Assembly (NCBI GenBank): GCA_964016885.1
Contig: OZ024741.1
Span: 221,216,001-221,280,000 of the forward strand
Direction of reading: 5' to 3'
Origin: Eledone cirrhosa
Taxonomy: Eukaryota
Length of the DNA: 64,000 bases
In this document: one piece after another, positions 61,540 to 64,000 of the stretch
How positions within the stretch are numbered: position 1 is the stretch's first letter
How the letters are laid out: each line of letters starts with the position of its first letter
Program-made: the position numbers and the translations under genes
The notes under the pieces: model-generated
The model's input: the letters and a program-made list of their open reading frames with translations, nothing else
What the model was told of the DNA's origin: nothing
Databases searched by the model: none

Positions 61540-64000
61540 TCTTATATCTCTTCCGGAAAGGGTGCCGGTGGATGATAACCATGTTGTCCACATCGCAGTG
61601 GGGGGCAAAAGACCACAATGTTTCAAATGTGGAAAAAACACACATTTAAAACCATTTTGCCCAATGCTGGATGTGGAAAAACAAAAGAAGGCGTTGTTGA
61701 CAAGCCAAAAGCTACAATAGACACACCCGAAAACAAAAAACACAACCCCCAAACCATCAATATTCACCCAACCATCACAAACCACAAAAGACACCACACC
61801 AAAAATTCCCCTGAAGGACTCTGTCCCACCCCTTTCCCCTCTGTCCAACACTCCCACAAACACACACACAAACACTCCACCACAACACAACATACCCCTC
61901 CCACCTACCCACAATGATAACACCTCAGACACGGGAACCTCTACATCTCCAAGTGAGGATGAAGAGGAACCCCCCAAAATCCAAGAAGCAAAAAAGACAC
62001 AGAAAAAATACAACAAAAACATCAACTGAAAACACGCACACACCCAACACTGACATAAACATACCGCCACAAACGACAACCACACCACCACCACAACCAG
62101 ACACTTCACCAACAAAACAAACACCCACACCACTACAATCACAAACCCCAACCACAAAAAGAAAACTACAAATAGAAACAGTATACATAAAAAACAAAAC
62201 ACATTACACATACATAAAAACAAGAAACAAAGAACTGATGGAAACTGTCCGAAAAGACTCCACAATACAAACGGAAGGGAAAACCTTCCCCACCAACGAC
62301 CCACCCCCAAACCTCAAACTTATCAGGGTAACAACCCTACAGTACGAAACTTTAAAAAGGAACTTCCCACATGATGAGACCCCCCCCCCCTCGCCAAAAA
62401 ACCCTTAACCGTGTCCTGCTAAAAGGATTCCCTCCCTCCCCAAACACCCCCAATCTGGACATGGAGATCGAACAACCCGACCTCCAGGAAACGAAAAGGT
62501 AAGTGTTCCTGCCTTTTCTCTCCCTAACTCTTCTTCACCAACATGGCGACTATACAAGTTGGATGTTTGAATGTACATGGCCTGGGCATGCCCTGGAAAC
62601 AGGGCCAGCTTTTAAATGATCTCAGGTCACATTGTATAGATGTGATAGCCATCACCGAGTCCAGGATTCACGACAAGCAGCAGCTAGCCCCCATGTTCGA
62701 TGACTTTGAGATCTACGCATCTCTCTGTCAGCCAGGAGGTGGAGGGCGAGTTGCTGTTCTGTTTTGAAAAAACTTGGATCTCAAAGCACAGACGATTCAC
62801 TTGGACCCGGAGGGCAGCTTGGTGGTCCTGGGCGTGAATGGTAGTGAAGGTGGAGCTTCCAGACTGGTGGCCATATATGCCCCAACTGGGACATCGCGAC
62901 CAGAGTTCTTCAAGCATCTGGAGCCATTCCTGGGAACATCTCACTCCTTAGTATTAGCAGGGGACTGGATTGGCATCTTAAATGCACGTTGGGACTATGT
63001 AGGAGCTTGTGATAAAAGAGGGGTGTGTAATAGCCTAAAAAATTTCATCAGACAATTCCAACTGGCTGATAGATATCGACTAGCCTTCCCAAGTGTACCA
63101 CTGTAGACGTGGAGCAACCGCACTGGGTCTTCTAGATTTTGTATTTAGATAGATTTTTAATTAGACAGAATGGTAAGGAAACATTAAGCTGTCCACAAAT
63201 GCACATGGTTGCCTATTCAGACCACAAATTAGTCACCTGCATAGTCAACCTTGATAGAACACATAGACCCGGATACTGGAAGCTAAACATGTCGCTTCCG
63301 GCGCTTAAGGCTTACAGTAAACAGATTAGCACCTTAGTTAAGTGCCAGTTGATGGTGGCAATCATCAACAACAGGTGGTGGAGCTCTCTGAAGAGAGCAA
63401 TTAGAATAGAATCGATAGCCTTTAGCAAGGAAGTAGCTTTAGAAAAAAACAAAACCGAAAAGGAACTGGTAGCGAAAGTAGAAGAGGCTCTTAGGAATGG
63501 CAGTACAGCTGACGTGCTAGCGGCGAGAACGGCACTAGACCAGTTCTTCAACGTGAAACACAAAGGTTGTATTGTCAGAAGTAGAACACGTGCTCTAAGA
63601 AACGAGGGAGCCAAAGCTGTTAGTTGGGCCCTAGTGGCAGAGGCGTAAAGTGGCAACAAATCCACAATTCGGTCTTTGCAAGACAAAGATGGACGCATTC
63701 TACTTGAATCCAAGCAGATGTGCACGGCTTTCCAGCAGCATTTTGCACAATGTTCAGGCAAATCGGTATGTCGAGGGAGGTGATGGACTTCAGCTCCTAC
63801 CTCGATGGCGTACCACAACTCTCGAGCATGGATGCAGAGAACTGCGAAAGGCCGATCACAGCGGGCGAAATAGAAGATGCCCTAGGCCACTGCAGGAAAC
63901 GCAAATCACCCGGTTTAGATGGTCTACCCTATGAGTTTTACATAGGAATGCCAGACTTGTTTTCTGGCGTCCTTGAAGCGGTCTACTGCAATTGGCAGCA
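61540..64000 (+). mobile_element. Decayed 5'-truncated Tx1-like LINE (ORF1 3' half plus ORF2 N-terminus), running off the window
   Basis: LPERVPVDDNHVVHIAVGGKRPQCFKC aligns to ORF1; MATIQVGCLNVHGLG (62543) aligns to ORF2; stops and frameshifts; preceded by atctatct. Confidence 0.92.

Overview
AT-rich, repeat-saturated eukaryotic DNA. The SINE and LINE families look like those of an octopus or other cephalopod, which is my inference. I could not support any host exon, and most short ORFs are (TA)n/(CA)n/(CAT)n artefacts or antisense shadows of transposon ORFs. The window contains: (1) an intact full-length L1/Tx1-clade LINE (38227-44022, minus) with a ~25-bp TSD. It heads a head-to-tail train of four related copies, all inserted in one (GATA)n tract, and a decayed relative lies at the window end. 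(2) At least three RTE-clade LINE families, mostly in TA-rich tracts, including a near-intact copy (55568-59165) broken only by a 16-bp duplication. All three carry a C4HC3 PHD-like finger inside the RT. (3) An R4/Dong-like RLE LINE 3' end in (TAA)n. (4) A Penelope-like GIY-YIG remnant. (5) tRNA-derived SINEs whose tail is a mosaic of two RTE families, a non-autonomous Helitron, Tc1/mariner- and piggyBac-like MITEs, and several minisatellites. The most striking unannotated signal is a set of short non-coding elements carrying minimal type I hammerhead ribozymes (6 loci, 8 motifs). Two of these loci are long foldback palindromes with a ribozyme motif on each strand, and they sit among about ten other inverted-repeat hairpins.
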